Assembly: GCA_026415395.1 (NCBI GenBank)
Contig: JAOAHD010000007.1
Span: forward strand, 715,304 to 779,303
DNA: 64,000 bases
Reading direction: 5' to 3'
Source: Candidatus Binatia bacterium
GTDB lineage: Bacteria > Desulfobacterota > Binatia > HRBIN30
Shown: positions 38,619 to 48,302 of the stretch, one piece after another
How positions within the stretch are numbered: position 1 is the first letter of the stretch
Layout: every line of letters starts with the position of its first letter
Notes under the pieces: model-generated
Databases searched by the model: none
Seen by the model: the letters and a program-made list of their open reading frames with translations, nothing else
Told to the model about the DNA's origin: nothing
Position numbers and translations under genes: made by a program

Positions 38619-39953
38619 TTACACGCCCAGCAACAAGCGCGCCGGATCCTCGATGCGTTCCTTCACGCGGACGAGAAACGTCACCGCTTGCTCTCCATCG
38701 ACGAGCCGATGGTCGTAGGACAACGCTACATACATCATCGGGCGAATGACAATTTGGTCGTCCACTACCACGGGGCGTTTTTCGATTTTGTGCATCCCGA
38801 GGATCCCGCTTTGTGGTGGGTTGAGAATTGGCGTAGATAACAACGAGCCGAACACGCCGCCGTTGGTGATGGTGAAGGTGCCGCCGCTGATTTCTTGGAT
38901 GCTCAGTTTCCCTTCGCGCGCTCGTGTGGCTAGCCGCTCGATTTCGGCTTCGATCTCGGCAAACGATCGCTGGTCGGCATAGTGGATCACGGGCACGACC
39001 AGGCCACGTTCCGTGGCCACGGCAATGCCGAGGTGCACGTGCTTGTGGTAGACGATGTCGTCGCCGTCGATAAACGCGTTGACCACGGGAATTTCTTGCA
39101 GCGCGGCCACGCAGGCTTTGGCGAAAAACGACATGAAGCCGAGGCTAACTCCGTAGCGTTTTTGAAATCGCTCGCGGTATTGGGAACGCAAGGCCATGAC
39201 CGCACTCATATCGATTTCATTGAAGGTGGTGAGGATGGCGGCGGTGTGCTGCGCTTGCACCAATCGTTCGGCAATGCGCTTGCGCAGGTGGGTCATGGGT
39301 ACGCGCTCCTCCTCTGCGGCTGCCGGGCGCGGGATGGTTGGAGATGGTGGTGGGGGCTGAGGTGGGGCTTCCGCCCGCGAGGGCTCTCCGGAGAGCGCCG
39401 GGCTTGGAGGGGGTGAGCCCGGCGCCGCTGGCGCGGCGGCCGCCACTTTGGGCCCAGGCGCAGTCTCACGTCGTTGGTCGAGGTAGGCGAGTACGTCGGC
39501 TTTTGTCAGACGGCCTCCTTTGCCAGTGCCGGGAATTTGGCTGGCATCGAGCCCATGCTCTTCGATGAGCCGGCGCACGGCTGGACTGAGCAAGTGTGCC
39601 GCACTTCTTCCCTCGCTTGGGGGGCCTTGGGTTGCTTCTGCCGAGGCTGGCGCTCGCGCTACGTCCCTCGGCGGAGCCGCAAGCTCGGTTGGCGGTGACG
39701 TGGCAAGGCCTTCTCCCGCCTGGGTGTCGATGGTTGCGACCACTGCACCCACCTGCACCGTGGATCCTTCCGGCTGAACAATGTGCAGCACGCCGGCGGC
39801 GTTTGCCGGAATCTCTACGCTCGCCTTGTCGGTTTCGAGCTCCAAAATGGGCTCGTCAACCTGAACGCGCTCCCCTTCCTTCTTGATCCACCGTACGATC
39901 ACGCCTTCGGTGATCGACTCGCCTAACGACGGAATCCGTACCTCAACGGGCAT
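38619..39953 (-). CDS. sucB: 2-oxoglutarate dehydrogenase E2, dihydrolipoyllysine succinyltransferase
   Basis: It has an N-terminal lipoyl domain (..[12 protein letters not shown]..), an Ala/Pro linker, and a catalytic domain ..DHRLVDG.. . Confidence 0.9.
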   Translation of the reverse strand: MPVEVRIPSLGESITEGVIVRWIKKEGERVQVDEPILELETDKASVEIPANAAGVLHIVQPEGSTVQVGAVVATIDTQAGEGLATSPPTELAAPPRDVARAPASAEATQGPPSEGRSAAHLLSPAVRRLIEEHGLDASQIPGTGKGGRLTKADVLAYLDQRRETAPGPKVAAAAPAAPGSPPPSPALSGEPSRAEAPPQPPPPSPTIPRPAAAEEERVPMTHLRKRIAERLVQAQHTAAILTTFNEIDMSAVMALRSQYRERFQKRYGVSLGFMSFFAKACVAALQEIPVVNAFIDGDDIVYHKHVHLGIAVATERGLVVPVIHYADQRSFAEIEAEIERLATRAREGKLSIQEISGGTFTITNGGVFGSLLSTPILNPPQSGILGMHKIEKRPVVVDDQIVIRPMMYVALSYDHRLVDGEQAVTFLVRVKERIEDPARLLLGV

Positions 39954-42753
39954 AGGTCCTCCGCAACGCAGCGTTGATCAGCTCCTGCTCCTCGCTTTGG
40001 TGCACCTTGTAGACGCCGGTTGCGGGGCTCGCCGCTGGCTTCCTACCCGCGTAGAGGATCGGTCGATCTTTCCCGACCATGCGCAAAAGATGTCGAAACA
40101 TTTCGTTCCACGCACCCATATTTTGCGGCTCTTCCTGTGCCCACATGAGCTCAGCGCGCTCGGGGTAGAGGTCCAGAAACGTGCGCAGCTCCTTTTCCGG
40201 AAAGGGGTAGAGTTGTTCGATCCGAACAAAGGCGATGTCATCGATATCGCGCTCGCGGCGCGCGACGAGCAGGTCGTAAAAAATTTTGCCACAACACAAA
40301 ATCACTCGGCGCACCTTGGCGGGGTCGATCGGGTCGACGTCGCCGAGAACCGGTTGGAAGGTACCCTCGGTGAAATCCTTTACCGGGGAGACGCACAGTT
40401 TGTGGCGGAGCAAGCTCTTCGGTGTCATGAGCACGAGCGGCTTGCGGAAATTGCGATGAATTTGTCGGCGCAGTGCGTGGAAGTACTGTGCCGGCGTTGT
40501 GAGGTTGCATACTTGAATGTTTTTCTCAGCGCAGAGTTGCAGGAAACGTTCGAGCCGTGCGCTGGAGTGTTCGGGTCCTTGGCCTTCGTAGCCGTGCGGT
40601 AGCAGGAGCACGAGCCCGCTCATCTTTTGCCACTTGGATTCGGCCGCCACGATGAATTGATCGATCATCACCTGGGCGTTGTTGGCGAAATCGCCAAACT
40701 GTGCTTCCCACAGGACCAAGTTGCGCGGGTCAGCAGAGCTGAAGCCGTACTCGAACCCAAGAACGGCGAGTTCCGATAGCATCGTATCGATCACCGTGAA
40801 GCGCCCTTGCCGCTCCGCCAGGTGATCGAGGGGGACGTAGCGGGAGCCGTTTTGCACGTCGTACCAAACGGCGTGGCGCTGACTGAATGTGCCGCGCCCG
40901 CTGTCTTGCCCGGCGAGCCGCACATGGGTCCCTTCCAACAGCAGGGAGCCGAAGGCGAGCATCTCTGCCGTTGCCCAGTCCACTTGCCCTTCGCCGTGCA
41001 ACATCTCGATGCGTTGTTCGTATAGGCGGCGCACTTTGGGATGCACCGCAAATCCCTCCGGGGCGAGGGCCGCTTTGCGGACAATTTCTTCGAGCCGCTC
41101 GCGCGGCACCGCGGTGTGCGCGCTCCAGTCATCACCGGCCCAACGCATGCCTTTCCAAACGCCGCCGAACACAAACACTTGCTGCCGGGGCATGAAGTCC
41201 CGCGCGTAATTCAAGGCGTCTTCGAACAACTCGCGTAGCGAGGCAGCGTATCCTTCCAATTCCTTCTCTTGGACCACTCCGGCGGCCAGCAAGCGCTGCG
41301 CGTACAATTTCCGCACCGTAGGGTGTGCCTCGATCTGGCGGTAGAGAGTGGGTTGCGTGAAGGTGGGGTCGTCGGTTTCGTTGTGACCGTGTCGACGATA
41401 ACACACCAGGTCAATAAACACGTCTTTCTTAAACCGTGCCCGGAACGCTGCGGCTAACCGGGCGGCTTGAATCGCTGCTTCAGGATCGTCGGCGTTCACA
41501 TGGAAAATCGGTGCGTGGAGGAACTTGGCGAGGTCGGTGGGGTAGCGGGTGGGCCGGAAGTACTCGGGCGGCGTCGTGAAGCCAATTTGGTTGTTGATGA
41601 TGATGTGAATGGTTCCGCCCGTGCGGTAGTCGCGGAGCTCGGAAAGGGCGAGGGTTTCTGCCACGATTCCCTGGCCGCAAAACGCGGCATCCCCGTGCAG
41701 CACGACCGGCTGCACGCGCGAGCCATCGGTGTCGCCCATGTAGTGCTGTTTCCCGCGCACGATGCCTTCGACCACCGGATCGATGGCTTCCAAGTGGCTC
41801 GGGTTCGAGCACAAGGAAAGATGCATCTTGTGGCCGCTGCGGGTAACGATGTCCTTCGAGTAGCCCAGGTGATACTTCACGTCGCCATCGCCCGGCACGT
41901 GCGCCGGCAGGCGCGTACCCTCGAATTCGGCAAAGATCATCTCGTAAGGCTTGCGCAAAATGTGGGCGAGTACATTGAGCCGGCCGCGATGCGGCATGCC
42001 CATGACAATTTCCTCTACGCCCTGCCGCCCGGATTCCTCCACAATCTCGTCCAGCAGCGGGATCAGGGCTTCGGCACCTTCTAAGGAAAAGCGCTTTTGG
42101 CCCAGGTACTTCACTTGCAAAAACTGCTCGAAACTTTCCGCTTGGGTCAGGCGCTGGAGAATGTATTTGCGATCCTCGTTGGACAGCTCAGGTTCGTTCA
42201 GCGAGGGTTCCATGCGCTCTTGCAGCCAAGTGCGCTGTTCCTTGTCGTCGGTGTGCATGTACTCCACACCCAAGGTGCGGCAGTAAATGGCGCGCAGTCG
42301 CTCGATCACGTCCCGCAGGCGCCCGCGGGGAAAGCCCTTCAGCATGGGCGTTTCCACCACTCGGTCGAGATCGCCGTGAGAAAAACCGAACTCCGCTGGT
42401 TCTAGCAAAGGATGAGAGGACAGGTTGTTCCCCAAAGGGTCGAGGTTGGCAATTAAGTGGCCAATTTCGCGGTAGGAGTGCACGAGGTTGTACACGCCGA
42501 TGTGCTGCGCGGGCGGAACCGCGATCTCGGCCGGCCGTCTGGCCGGCTCGCGGCGAGCCAGTTCGAAGCCGGCGAAAAACAGCGCCCATGACGAGTCCAC
42601 CGAATTCGGGTCACGTTGGTAGCGCTGGTACATCTCCTCGATGTATTCGGCATTGGCGCGGGAAAGGAAGTCGAGCTTTGTCACCGTTTGCCTCCTCGGT
42701 TCCCGAACATAGCAGCGGCCAACGCAATCAAAGCAGCTTGCCTCCATGGCCAT
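39943..42753 (-). CDS. sucA: 2-oxoglutarate dehydrogenase E1 component
   Basis: It is 936 aa with a TPP-binding region and directly precedes sucB with an overlapping stop/start. Confidence 0.9.
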   Translation of the reverse strand: MAMEASCFDCVGRCYVREPRRQTVTKLDFLSRANAEYIEEMYQRYQRDPNSVDSSWALFFAGFELARREPARRPAEIAVPPAQHIGVYNLVHSYREIGHLIANLDPLGNNLSSHPLLEPAEFGFSHGDLDRVVETPMLKGFPRGRLRDVIERLRAIYCRTLGVEYMHTDDKEQRTWLQERMEPSLNEPELSNEDRKYILQRLTQAESFEQFLQVKYLGQKRFSLEGAEALIPLLDEIVEESGRQGVEEIVMGMPHRGRLNVLAHILRKPYEMIFAEFEGTRLPAHVPGDGDVKYHLGYSKDIVTRSGHKMHLSLCSNPSHLEAIDPVVEGIVRGKQHYMGDTDGSRVQPVVLHGDAAFCGQGIVAETLALSELRDYRTGGTIHIIINNQIGFTTPPEYFRPTRYPTDLAKFLHAPIFHVNADDPEAAIQAARLAAAFRARFKKDVFIDLVCYRRHGHNETDDPTFTQPTLYRQIEAHPTVRKLYAQRLLAAGVVQEKELEGYAASLRELFEDALNYARDFMPRQQVFVFGGVWKGMRWAGDDWSAHTAVPRERLEEIVRKAALAPEGFAVHPKVRRLYEQRIEMLHGEGQVDWATAEMLAFGSLLLEGTHVRLAGQDSGRGTFSQRHAVWYDVQNGSRYVPLDHLAERQGRFTVIDTMLSELAVLGFEYGFSSADPRNLVLWEAQFGDFANNAQVMIDQFIVAAESKWQKMSGLVLLLPHGYEGQGPEHSSARLERFLQLCAEKNIQVCNLTTPAQYFHALRRQIHRNFRKPLVLMTPKSLLRHKLCVSPVKDFTEGTFQPVLGDVDPIDPAKVRRVILCCGKIFYDLLVARRERDIDDIAFVRIEQLYPFPEKELRTFLDLYPERAELMWAQEEPQNMGAWNEMFRHLLRMVGKDRPILYAGRKPAASPATGVYKVHQSEEQELINAALRRTYAR

Positions 42754-43207
42754 CGTGGCTGCGCACGACGGCCAAAACCTCGGCTGGCGACGACGACCGT
42801 TTCAGTTCTGCCCGACAGCGCTCCGACTGCAGGAGCAGCGACAAGGACGACAAAAACTGCAGGTGTTCGGTTGCCAAGCTGTGCGCCGAGAGCACGAGCG
42901 CCACGATGGAGATCGGTAGGCCAAAGGCTACTTCGTACACAGCTCGCGGAGCGACCGCCAATGCGCAAGTAATGCGTTGCACGGCAGGGGTACGGACGTG
43001 GGGAATGCTTACGCCAATGTCCACCATCGCCGTACTGCTTTGGCGCTCACGCTGACAGATCGATGCGAGGGTTTCTTCCACCGCATCGGCCGGCAGTTCC
43101 GCAGTGGCAACGAGCCGCTCCAGCAGAGCTCGGACAGTACTCTCGAAGTCCGGCCACGATTGCCCGACAACCACCGCGCGCTCGTCTAAAACCTCGGCCA
43201 ACCGCAT
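42728..43207 (-). CDS. ptsN: PTS EIIA-Ntr-like (PtsN family) regulatory protein
   Basis: It has ..LDERAVVVG.. and ..GVSIPHVRT.. around the phospho-His region. ATG 43207 is preferred over TTG 43387, which overlaps a perfect palindrome. Confidence 0.6.
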   Translation of the reverse strand: MRLAEVLDERAVVVGQSWPDFESTVRALLERLVATAELPADAVEETLASICQRERQSSTAMVDIGVSIPHVRTPAVQRITCALAVAPRAVYEVAFGLPISIVALVLSAHSLATEHLQFLSSLSLLLQSERCRAELKRSSSPAEVLAVVRSHDGHGGKLL

Positions 43208-43382
43208 GAGTTTTCCGTTTGCCTGCAACCCCAAGAGAACGCAATTTTGCCGTGCGTTGCAAGGGACCGAACACCGCCGCCTCCACGAAGGCACTCCGTC
43301 AGCTGTTCTCCCTGCCGCAAAGAGCAGCGCCAGGCGCACCGACCCATTGCCCGAATCGTCGCGCCAGCGTTTGACGGCGAGA

Positions 43383-43396
43383 GGCAAACGTTTGCC
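43383..43396. promoter_or_regulatory. perfect palindrome GGCAAACGTTTGCC upstream of ptsN-like gene
   Basis: It is an exact 14-bp palindrome in the intergenic region between the Ada-Zn membrane protein stop and ptsN. Confidence 0.3.
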
Positions 43397-43420
43397 TGTC
43401 GCTCGGAGCGCTAGTTGGGG

Positions 43421-43792
43421 CTAACGGCTCGGGTCGTCCCCGCTGCCGGATGAGGGCGGTTCGACCTCGGTGTCCGCGCAGGTGCCACCGCACACCTTAC
43501 ACGGTACGCCACCGCTTGCTTTCGCCTGCGCGCGTTTGATCTTGATGCAGTTGCGCGTACACTTCAGCGCCCACTCGCACTTCAAGCAGTGGTATTTGAG
43601 CGAGCTCGTGTTGAAGGCGACGATTTCGTCATCGCTGTTCGTAGCCAGCGATGTGGCCGACGCGAGCCACACGAGAGCAACGATAGCAACGATCAGGTAA
43701 AAAATTTGCCGGCCCAGGGCTTTGCCGGGCGTTGGGCTCTGACCCGAGATCCGACGGTTCTGCCGTACACGAGTCACTGCTCCATCCCTCAT
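43421..43792 (-). CDS. membrane-anchored protein with Ada-type zinc-binding domain
   Basis: A TM helix IFYLIVAIVALVWLASATSLA is followed by ..KYHCLKCEWALKC...AKASGGVPCKVCGG, which resembles the Ada N-terminal metal-binding motif (YH..C....PC+.C). The longer start at 43942 is possible. Confidence 0.45.
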   Translation of the reverse strand: MRDGAVTRVRQNRRISGQSPTPGKALGRQIFYLIVAIVALVWLASATSLATNSDDEIVAFNTSSLKYHCLKCEWALKCTRNCIKIKRAQAKASGGVPCKVCGGTCADTEVEPPSSGSGDDPSR

Positions 43793-44024
43793 GGTGCGCT
43801 CGAGTGCTGGGCAACATCCAGCGCACAAGTGGCGCCCGCTGACAATTTGTTTTTTAGTTTCGTTCGGGGCGCTGACTTGCCTCTGGTGATGCGGTTGGCA
43901 CTGGAGCGCCGGGCTAGACGAAATTTTTTCGCGAACTTGCATTACATGGGCGTGGCCGCCGGCCTATGCATCCCGCCACAGAGGCTCGGGAGGCCAATAC
44001 TTTCTAGGGGCAAAGGATAGGAGC

Positions 44025-45818
44025 ATGGCGGGAGGTGAGCAGATAGCACGGGGTGCCGGTGTGGACACGTCCTTTGTGCTGCTGGGACACGATCGCCAGG
44101 AAGGCAGGTGGGTTCCCCAGCTCTTGGTGCAGGAGGGGAGTAGAGCGCGTTGTGCGCCTCGTTGGCGAGGCTTCGTTGCCGTGCTCGCTGTGTCTTTTGT
44201 TTTGGCGGCAGTAGCCGAAGGTCAGCTAATTTTTGTGAACGCGGCCGCAAGTGGGGCCAATAATGGATCGACGTGGAGCGACGCATTTACCAAGCTGCAA
44301 GATGCTCTTGCCGCGGCCTCCGCTGGGCAAGACATTTGGGTTGCCCGCGGCGTGTATTACCCGGACGAAGGTGGGGGGCAAACCAACAACGACCGCCTCG
44401 CCACCTTCCAGCTCAAAAATGGGGTGGGCGGCTTCGCCGGCGGGGAAAGTAGCCTCGCCCAACGCAACCAAGCCGTGAACATCACTGTTCTCAGTGGGGA
44501 CATCGACCAAAACGACACCGTCGATGCGAATGGCATCGTGTTGTCACATGCCGACATTGCCGGGGACAACAGTTATCAGGTCGTTAGAGGCAGCAACACG
44601 AACGCGTCCGCCACAGTCGATGGCTTCACGATCACGGGCGGACTGGCCAACGGGAGTGTCACTCCGTGTGGTACCGTGTGCGGGGCGGGAATGCTGAACG
44701 ACAACGGGAGTCCGACTCTGTTCAATCTCGTGTTTGCGGGTAATTTCGCGGCCAATGCAGGTGGGGACATGGCGAATGTCAATGGCAGTAGCCCGGTTTT
44801 AACGAACGTGAGGTTTTTTCAGAACCGCGCCGGGCAAGGGGGGCGGGATGGCAAATTTGGACGGGAGTAGCCCAGTGCTCCGTCAGGCGGTGTTTGTGGG
44901 CAATTTGGCCCAAGTCGGCAGCGGGGGGAACGGTGGGGGGGGATGTTCAACCTCAACTCCAGCCTGCCCCAGTTGACCAACGTGAACTTTGTCGGCAACG
45001 AGACGCTCGTGAATGGTGGGGGTATGTTCAACCAAAACAGCAGCGCTGCAACGCTCGAGAATACCGGATTTTTCGGCAACAGGGCGAGTTTCGGTGGTGG
45101 GCTTTACAACCTCGGGAGCAGCGACGCCGAGCTGGTGAACGTGGTGTTTTCGGGCAACTTGGCGTTTCGCTCTGGGGGCGGTAGCGGCGGGGGAATGTTG
45201 AACAACAGCAGCAGTCCGGTGCTGACCAACGTCACTATCGCGGGCAATGTGGCTGCGGGGTCCATCCAGCAAGGTGGAGGGATGCTGAATGGGAACGCTA
45301 GCCAGCCTGTGCTCGTGAATGTCATTTTGTGGGGGAATGTTGCGGCGAGCGCCAAGGAGATGTCGAACGTCGGGGGCAGTATGCCGCAAATTTCGTTCAG
45401 TCTCGTCGAGGGCTCGGGTGGGAGCGGGATTGGGTGGAATACTGCCTTTGGTGCAGATGGTGGGGGCAACTTGGATGCGGACCCCCTGTTTTCCGACCCT
45501 GATGGAGCAGACAACACGCCGGGCACGTTGGACGACGATTTGCGTTTACGATCCGGGTCACCAGCGATCGACGCCGGAAATAATAGCGCCCCTGGACTGG
45601 CCGGTATCACCACCGATTTTGCGGGTGGGCTTAGGTTCATGGAGGATCCGCTCACGTTCGACACGGGGCAGGGCTTGCCTCCAGTGGTGGATATGGGTGC
45701 CTTCGAGTTCCGCCGTGCGTTATCTGCTCGTGTTCCGGTGCAGAGCTTGTTCGCGCTGGTGCTCGGCGTGCTTGCGCTGCTCTTGGTGGCGCAGCGGAAA
45801 CTGTGGGCGAAAGGTTAG
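44025..45818 (+). CDS. Pmp-repeat / right-handed beta-helix (choice-of-anchor-type) surface protein, interrupted by two compensating frameshifts at poly-G tracts
   Basis: About ten 27-aa repeats of the form GGGM(L/F)N..SSP.LTNV.F.GN.A.. occur. The as-given frame 0 hits TAG at 44868. The repeat continues in the +1 frame (GGMANLDGSSPVLRQAVFVGNLAQVGSGGNGGGG) between G6 (44838-44843) and G8 (44935-44942), then returns to frame 0 at ATG 44943. The C-terminus reads ..DMGAFEF + hydrophobic helix + QRK. Confidence 0.7.
44690..45360 (+). repeat. tandem ~81-bp coding repeats (Pmp-type 27-aa units)
   Basis: Recurring ..ggcggggg(a)atgttcaac..agcagc..gtgctgaccaacgtg.. units occur within the beta-helix gene. 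They are protein-coding, not CRISPR. Confidence 0.6.
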
Positions 45819-45993
45819 AGTGGTGGTGACTCGCGCCGCGCCGGTGGTGGCGCGTGGCGTTGAAATTCAGAGGAAAAAGATAGGCTGAGCGAGCAGGGGG
45901 TAGCTCGAGATGCTGGCCCGCTGTGCTGCCCACGCGGGATCGGGATAGGGCGAGGGTAGGGTGGGGTGTTTCATAGAGCCCCTCTTGCCTGAG

Positions 45994-46013
45994 GGCGAAA
46001 ATTTGGCGAAAAC
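45994..46013. promoter_or_regulatory. direct repeat GGCGAAAA-N3-GGCGAAAA (GAAA-N7-GAAA) immediately upstream of imuA; candidate SOS/LexA-type operator
   Basis: It is an AT-rich direct repeat with 11-bp periodicity, 7-26 nt before the imuA start. It resembles the GAAC-N7-GAAC direct-repeat LexA boxes known upstream of imuA-imuB-dnaE2 cassettes in some lineages. Confidence 0.3.
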
Positions 46014-46019
46014 TGGGAC

Positions 46020-46739
46020 ATGCCCACGTTACCACAGTTTGCTCCAGCGGAATCGCGAGAAGAGCTGCTTCGGGCAATTGCCAAGGTACAGCGGGGATTG
46101 GTGGAGGAACCGATTGCCCGCTTGCCCTGTGGTGTGGCAGCCATCGATACCCTGCTCCAAGGTGGCTGGCCGCGCGGGCGGCTGAGCGAACTTTACGGCA
46201 CGCGTTCCTGTGGGAAGACCACTTTGGCTTTGCACCTGCTTGCGGCAGTGACGGGCCGGAGAGAAATCGGTGCATGGATCGATGCGGCCGATGCTGTTCA
46301 TCCGTTGTCGCTCGTGGCTGCGGGGGTGGATTTATCCCGCGTGCTTTGGGTGCGTCCGCGTTCGTTCCCGGAAGCGCTCCGCAGTGCCGAGGTTGTACTT
46401 TCTACGAAGGGGATTGCATTAGTGGTTCTCGACTGCGGTGAGCGCGCAGCGCGTTTCCCCAGTCGTGCCGCTTGGCTGCGGTTGCAACGTGCCGCAGCAC
46501 GGTCGCACGCTGTGTTGTTGCTGCTTGCGCCGCACAGTTTGGCTGGCAGTTTTGCTGCGTTGCGCTTGCGCCTACAAGCCAATGGAGGGCAGTGGGTGCG
46601 GGCTGGCCAGAGAGAGTTTTTAGAAGGGCTGCGGGCTTTTGTTGTTGTCGAGCGCAACCGCATCGGGCGTGAAAACCAGCGGCTCGGTTGGGAGGTGCGT
46701 TGGCCGTCTGCTGTCGGTAGCGCGGGGCTGGGTGTGTAA
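46020..46739 (+). CDS. imuA: ImuA (SulA/RecA-fold protein of the mutagenesis cassette)
   Basis: It has ..LPCGVAAIDTLLQGGWPRGRLSELYG..GKTTLALHLLA.. . It is the first gene of the cassette and is followed by imuB and dnaE2. Confidence 0.75.
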   Translation: MPTLPQFAPAESREELLRAIAKVQRGLVEEPIARLPCGVAAIDTLLQGGWPRGRLSELYGTRSCGKTTLALHLLAAVTGRREIGAWIDAADAVHPLSLVAAGVDLSRVLWVRPRSFPEALRSAEVVLSTKGIALVVLDCGERAARFPSRAAWLRLQRAAARSHAVLLLLAPHSLAGSFAALRLRLQANGGQWVRAGQREFLEGLRAFVVVERNRIGRENQRLGWEVRWPSAVGSAGLGV

Positions 46740-46775
46740 GCGTGCACGCGAGGTGTTTTCCTGGAGGCAGGGGCT

Positions 46776-48257
46776 GTGCGGATTGCCTGTCTTTATGTTC
46801 CCGAATTTCCCTTGGCTGCGTGGCTGCGCGCCGAACCCGAACTGCGCACGCAAGCAGTCGTTGTTGTGGAGCGACTCGATCCGCGCAGCCCCCTGTTAGC
46901 AACATCGCGCGCTGCATGGCGCTGGGGCATTGGCCCCGGCATGCGACTCAGCCAAGCACAGAGCCTGTGCCGCACGTTGGTGGTTCGGCCCTGCAGTCGC
47001 TTGTTGCAAGAAAGTGCCCGCGCCGCACTGATGGACGCCGCTAGTTCTTGCTCTCCCTTGGTCGAGCCCGCAGAGGACGGCGTGGTGTACATCGGTCTAG
47101 AAGGGCTCATTGGCCACTGGTGTCGTACGGAGACCCAATGGGCAAGCCAACTCTCTGCACGTTGCGAACGCCTCGGCGTGCCGGCCCGCGTAGCAGTAGC
47201 CAGCACGAAAACGGCAGCCTTGCTGGCTGCGATGCGCCGAGAAGGCGTAACGGTGTTGGACCCAGCGGAAGAAGCCACTTTTCTTGCGCCGGTACCGATT
47301 GCGGCTTTGCGCCCGAGCCCACCCTTGCTTGCTACCTTGGAGCGCTGGGGTATCCACACCATCGGCCAACTCGTGCAACTCCCCTTGGAGGCTGTAGGCA
47401 CGCGCTTGGGGCCGGAGGGGATTGCGCTGATCCGCCGCGCTCGCGGAGAAGAGCTCCAGCCATTGCAACCGCGTCCGTGTCCAATGGTGTTTGAGGAGGG
47501 CATGGAGTTCGATTACGAGATCGACTCTCTCGAACCTTTAACCTTCGTGCTGCGAGCGCTGCTCGACCGAGTCACGGCGCGCCTGGTAGCACGTGGGTTT
47601 GCCTGTGCAGCCTTGCAACTGGGCATGCATTTGTCGGGCACAGGTTGGGAGGATCGCACAGTTGCCGTGGCATACCCAAACAACGAGGTCAAAGCCCTGC
47701 TCGCCTTGTTGCGTGTGCATCTCGAGCAGCAGCCTCCGCAAAATGCCATCGATGCCGTACGGTTGCGGGCGCGCCCCGAGATGCTGCGTGCAAGTCAGCT
47801 CGACTTATTTCGCCCGCCAGGCCCACCCTCGGCTAGCCTGGCCGCCATGCTCGCACAACTTTCCGCTTTGTGTGGCAGCGAGCGCGTGGGAAGCCCAACG
47901 GTGTTGGCCACGCATCGTCTCGACGGTGACGGCATGGTCCCCTTCGGCACGCGCGGGAACTGGCAGAGCGCCGCGCCTCCCCCGAGCGCACTACCACCAC
48001 TGGCCTTGCGCCGTTTTCGCCCGCCGCTTCCCGTGAAAGTGTTTTCCGAGCGTGAACGGCCGGAGTTCGTGCGCGGTCCTGGATTCGGTGGTCGCGTAGT
48101 GTCCTGGGGTGGCCCGTGGCGCATCCGTACGGAGTGGTGGAGCGAAGCGACGTATGTGCGCGATTACTACGACGTGCAACTGAGCGACGGTGGGCTTTAC
48201 CGCCTCTTTCGCGATGAGCAACGGCAACAATGGTTTGCGGATGGGGTGTATGACTGA
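46776..48257 (+). CDS. imuB: ImuB (catalytically inactive Y-family polymerase-like protein)
   Basis: The N-terminus MRIACLYVPEFPLAAWLRAEPELRTQAVVVVE is typical of ImuB, with Y-family fold spacing. It is 493 aa. Confidence 0.8.
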   Translation: MRIACLYVPEFPLAAWLRAEPELRTQAVVVVERLDPRSPLLATSRAAWRWGIGPGMRLSQAQSLCRTLVVRPCSRLLQESARAALMDAASSCSPLVEPAEDGVVYIGLEGLIGHWCRTETQWASQLSARCERLGVPARVAVASTKTAALLAAMRREGVTVLDPAEEATFLAPVPIAALRPSPPLLATLERWGIHTIGQLVQLPLEAVGTRLGPEGIALIRRARGEELQPLQPRPCPMVFEEGMEFDYEIDSLEPLTFVLRALLDRVTARLVARGFACAALQLGMHLSGTGWEDRTVAVAYPNNEVKALLALLRVHLEQQPPQNAIDAVRLRARPEMLRASQLDLFRPPGPPSASLAAMLAQLSALCGSERVGSPTVLATHRLDGDGMVPFGTRGNWQSAAPPPSALPPLALRRFRPPLPVKVFSERERPEFVRGPGFGGRVVSWGGPWRIRTEWWSEATYVRDYYDVQLSDGGLYRLFRDEQRQQWFADGVYD

Positions 48258-48302
48258 CAGCGCTCGTGTTCGGGACATGCTTTGCCGGAAAGGGCAGCAA
48301 CG

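Noticed and set aside
44690-45360. Possible CRISPR array suggested by regular repeats
   Set aside because: The repeats are ~81 bp and imperfect. They lie inside a continuous protein-coding frame encoding 27-aa beta-helix units, there are no spacers, and no cas genes are nearby.
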